NCBI RefSeq assembly: GCF_000143415.4
Contig: NW_003314267.1
Span: 1,624,100-1,688,099 of the forward strand
Direction of reading: 5' to 3'
Length of the DNA stretch: 64,000 bases
Source of the DNA: Selaginella moellendorffii
Taxonomy: Eukaryota > Plantae > Lycopodiophyta
A model generated the notes under the pieces. It was given only the letters and a program-made list of their open reading frames with translations, did no database searches and was not told where the DNA came from. The translations under genes and the position numbers were made by a program. Of this stretch, positions 62,197 through 64,000 are shown piece after piece (position 1 is the first letter of the stretch; every line of letters begins with the position of its first letter).

Positions 62197-64000
62197 ATGG
62201 CATCTATGGAGATTGCTCCTTTCCAGGAGCTTAAACGTGCCATCAAGGTTGTGGACGCTAAAATCGAGGGAGTGGAGAAACAACTGGCGAGCGAGCAAGA
62301 TCAGGAGGAGGAGCAGCTGCGGAAGAAGATGCGGAAGGAGAAGGAGCAGCTGCGGGAGAAGAAGCAGCTGAGGGAGAAGGAACTCCTCCTACTTAAATCT
62401 AATGGTAAGCCTTTTCCCGTATCATGCTATGCGGATCTGAGACATTTGATTCGCTTGCAGTGCCCCACGGAACCGGCGGATCTGGTAAGCAATTTGTTTC
62501 TGCTTGCCCCAAATTTCCTTCTTCGTCATTCTCACTGTATGCCCCAGAATTGTGCTGAGGCATTTGTTCGTGGCCTCGTGTTAGTGCTGGATTTTTTTGT
62601 ATTAGCCACGATTTTGTGAGGTTTGCTGGTACTGGGCATGTCTTTCTCTTCGCTTTCATGTAGTCTGGTGTTGTGTTGTAGTTGGGCGTCCCTGCGTCTT
62701 TTGTGTTTCGCTGACGAGATGTTTTGTCGTGGCTAGCTATGTCGTTGTGTCATGTTTGCTATGGCGTTTTTATCCCCTTATTTTTTTTTTCGGTTTTTCT
62801 TTTGCTGCCTGGACCCTTGAGCAGCCATTTCGAGTCGTGGCCGGCTATGTCGATCTGGTTCATCTGTAGTTGGCGTCCCTGCGTCTTTTTTGTGTTGCGT
62901 TTACTTATGATGACGAGATCGTTGTGTGTGTAATGGGCTGACAAGCTCTTTTCTTTTGTTACTGGCATTTAGCTGTTTTTCACATCTTATTTTCCGGCTT
63001 TGAGCAGTTTTTTTCTCTTTGCAGACGCAACCAGGTATAACTACGAGCTTCCGACGTCTTTAGAAGCGGGTGACATGTTCCACTTCTGCCCAGAGGTCTT
63101 CCATAAGGATTTCTATTATGTTCAGCAGGTGTGGAAACCATTTTACACAGAGATGAGCAAGGTTACCCAAGGGCACGTTAGCGTGGTACACGTCTCCGGC
63201 AACCCCGGCATAGGCAAGTCCCATTTTCTGGTTTACGTGCTCGTTAATCTACTCAAGGAAGGGAAGACCGTCCAGGTGGAGCTCGTTATTCAGGAAACTG
63301 TGGATTATTATGCTTTCTATCCGGACGGGACATACCAGATTCTTAACGAGTTTAACAGGTCGCTGCAAGGGGAGATCCTACTGACTGATCAGAGGTTTTT
63401 TGGTCACTATGGGCGAATTACGTATATCTTTGCATCTCCCAATAGAGACAACTGGGTGGAAGCCTGGAAGAACATAACCTCGAGCCGCTTCCAACAGCTT
63501 TTTATGCCGCCTTGGTCCTTTGAGGAACTAGAAAATCTTTTCTACCAGTACGAGTATCTGGAGAAGAACAGGTTCTCAGACCCTCGAACGGAGTTTCGTG
63601 TGAGAAATCTACTATTTGGTCCTATACCCAGGTGGTACTTCTTCTGCACCCTGGAGATCGGATATCAGGAGATATTAAAGAATGTACATAAGATGGTCAG
63701 GGAAGGGGTGCTTCAGGTGCAGGACTTCAGAGGCGCTAATGACAAGGAAGAATATTCATATACGGTGTTCACAATGTGGCCAAGTGCGAATTTTTCGTAT
63801 ATTCAGTCAATCAGGCCTGTCTCCCAGTGGATTTCACAAAGGATTGCTCAGGTGGCCGCTTACACGGAGGGGTTTGAGACCTTCGTCTTGGCTGCTGAGG
63901 GTGACCCGGCATTGAAAGTCGCTGCTGGGAATTTGTTTGAACGTTATGCCCATGAACGGCTTGCACAGGGGGGAACGTTCAAAGCCGTGGAAGATGGATC
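62197..64000 (+). CDS. Crinkler/RHS-type (CR) protein B: coiled-coil header + P-loop NTPase + start of REase domain; runs off the window end
   Basis: Exons 62197-62404, 62461-62484 (24-nt microexon) and 63025->64000 are phase-consistent. The last exon is absent from the ORF track. Header EEEQLRKKMRKEKEQLREKKQLREKE, Walker A VSGNPGIGKS, FASPN, FMPPWSFEEL, FGPIPRW and AGNLFERYAHERLAQGG. Confidence 0.9.

Noticed and set aside
62678-62930. Short imperfect direct repeats in intron 2 of CR gene B
   Set aside because: Only two degenerate copies, consistent with an ordinary local duplication rather than an array.
1-64000. CRISPR arrays, tRNA/rRNA genes, prokaryotic operons
   Set aside because: None seen. 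The sequence is spliced plant nuclear DNA, and its repeats lack a regular repeat-spacer structure.

Overview
Eukaryotic, intron-containing land-plant nuclear DNA. Compact GC-rich genes with short (mostly ~50-100 bp) introns, PPR arrays of ~31-aa repeats and AT-rich decayed TE blocks suggest the lycophyte Selaginella (inference). From left to right: the 5' part of proteasome RPN2 sits head-to-head, 62 bp apart, with an intact 12-exon conserved plant gene (possibly SLF2/FAM178-like). Next come an intronless Crinkler-type nuclease-like+kinase-fold gene with apparently dead active sites and a PPR gene. A hAT transposon with perfect TIRs and an 8-bp TSD lies inside a ~7-19.5 kb inverted, scrambled duplication of local genes (PPR, 2OG-dioxygenase, SLF2-like, RPN2 5' end). 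The window then has an intact 2OG-Fe(II) dioxygenase, ~10 kb of decayed repeats including a Gypsy integrase remnant, and a second gene-fragment mosaic (TIM13, ARF, PPR and local pieces). A four-kinase cluster (USP-RLCK, non-RD kinase, two L-type LecRKs) is followed by a secreted Gly-rich/8-Cys protein and a scrambled PS1 pseudogene. The window ends with a divergent pair of spliced Crinkler/RHS-type NTPase-nuclease genes with different N-terminal headers. This pair, together with the third CR-type gene, is the most interesting candidate system. All family calls come from motif recognition by eye; no database search was run.
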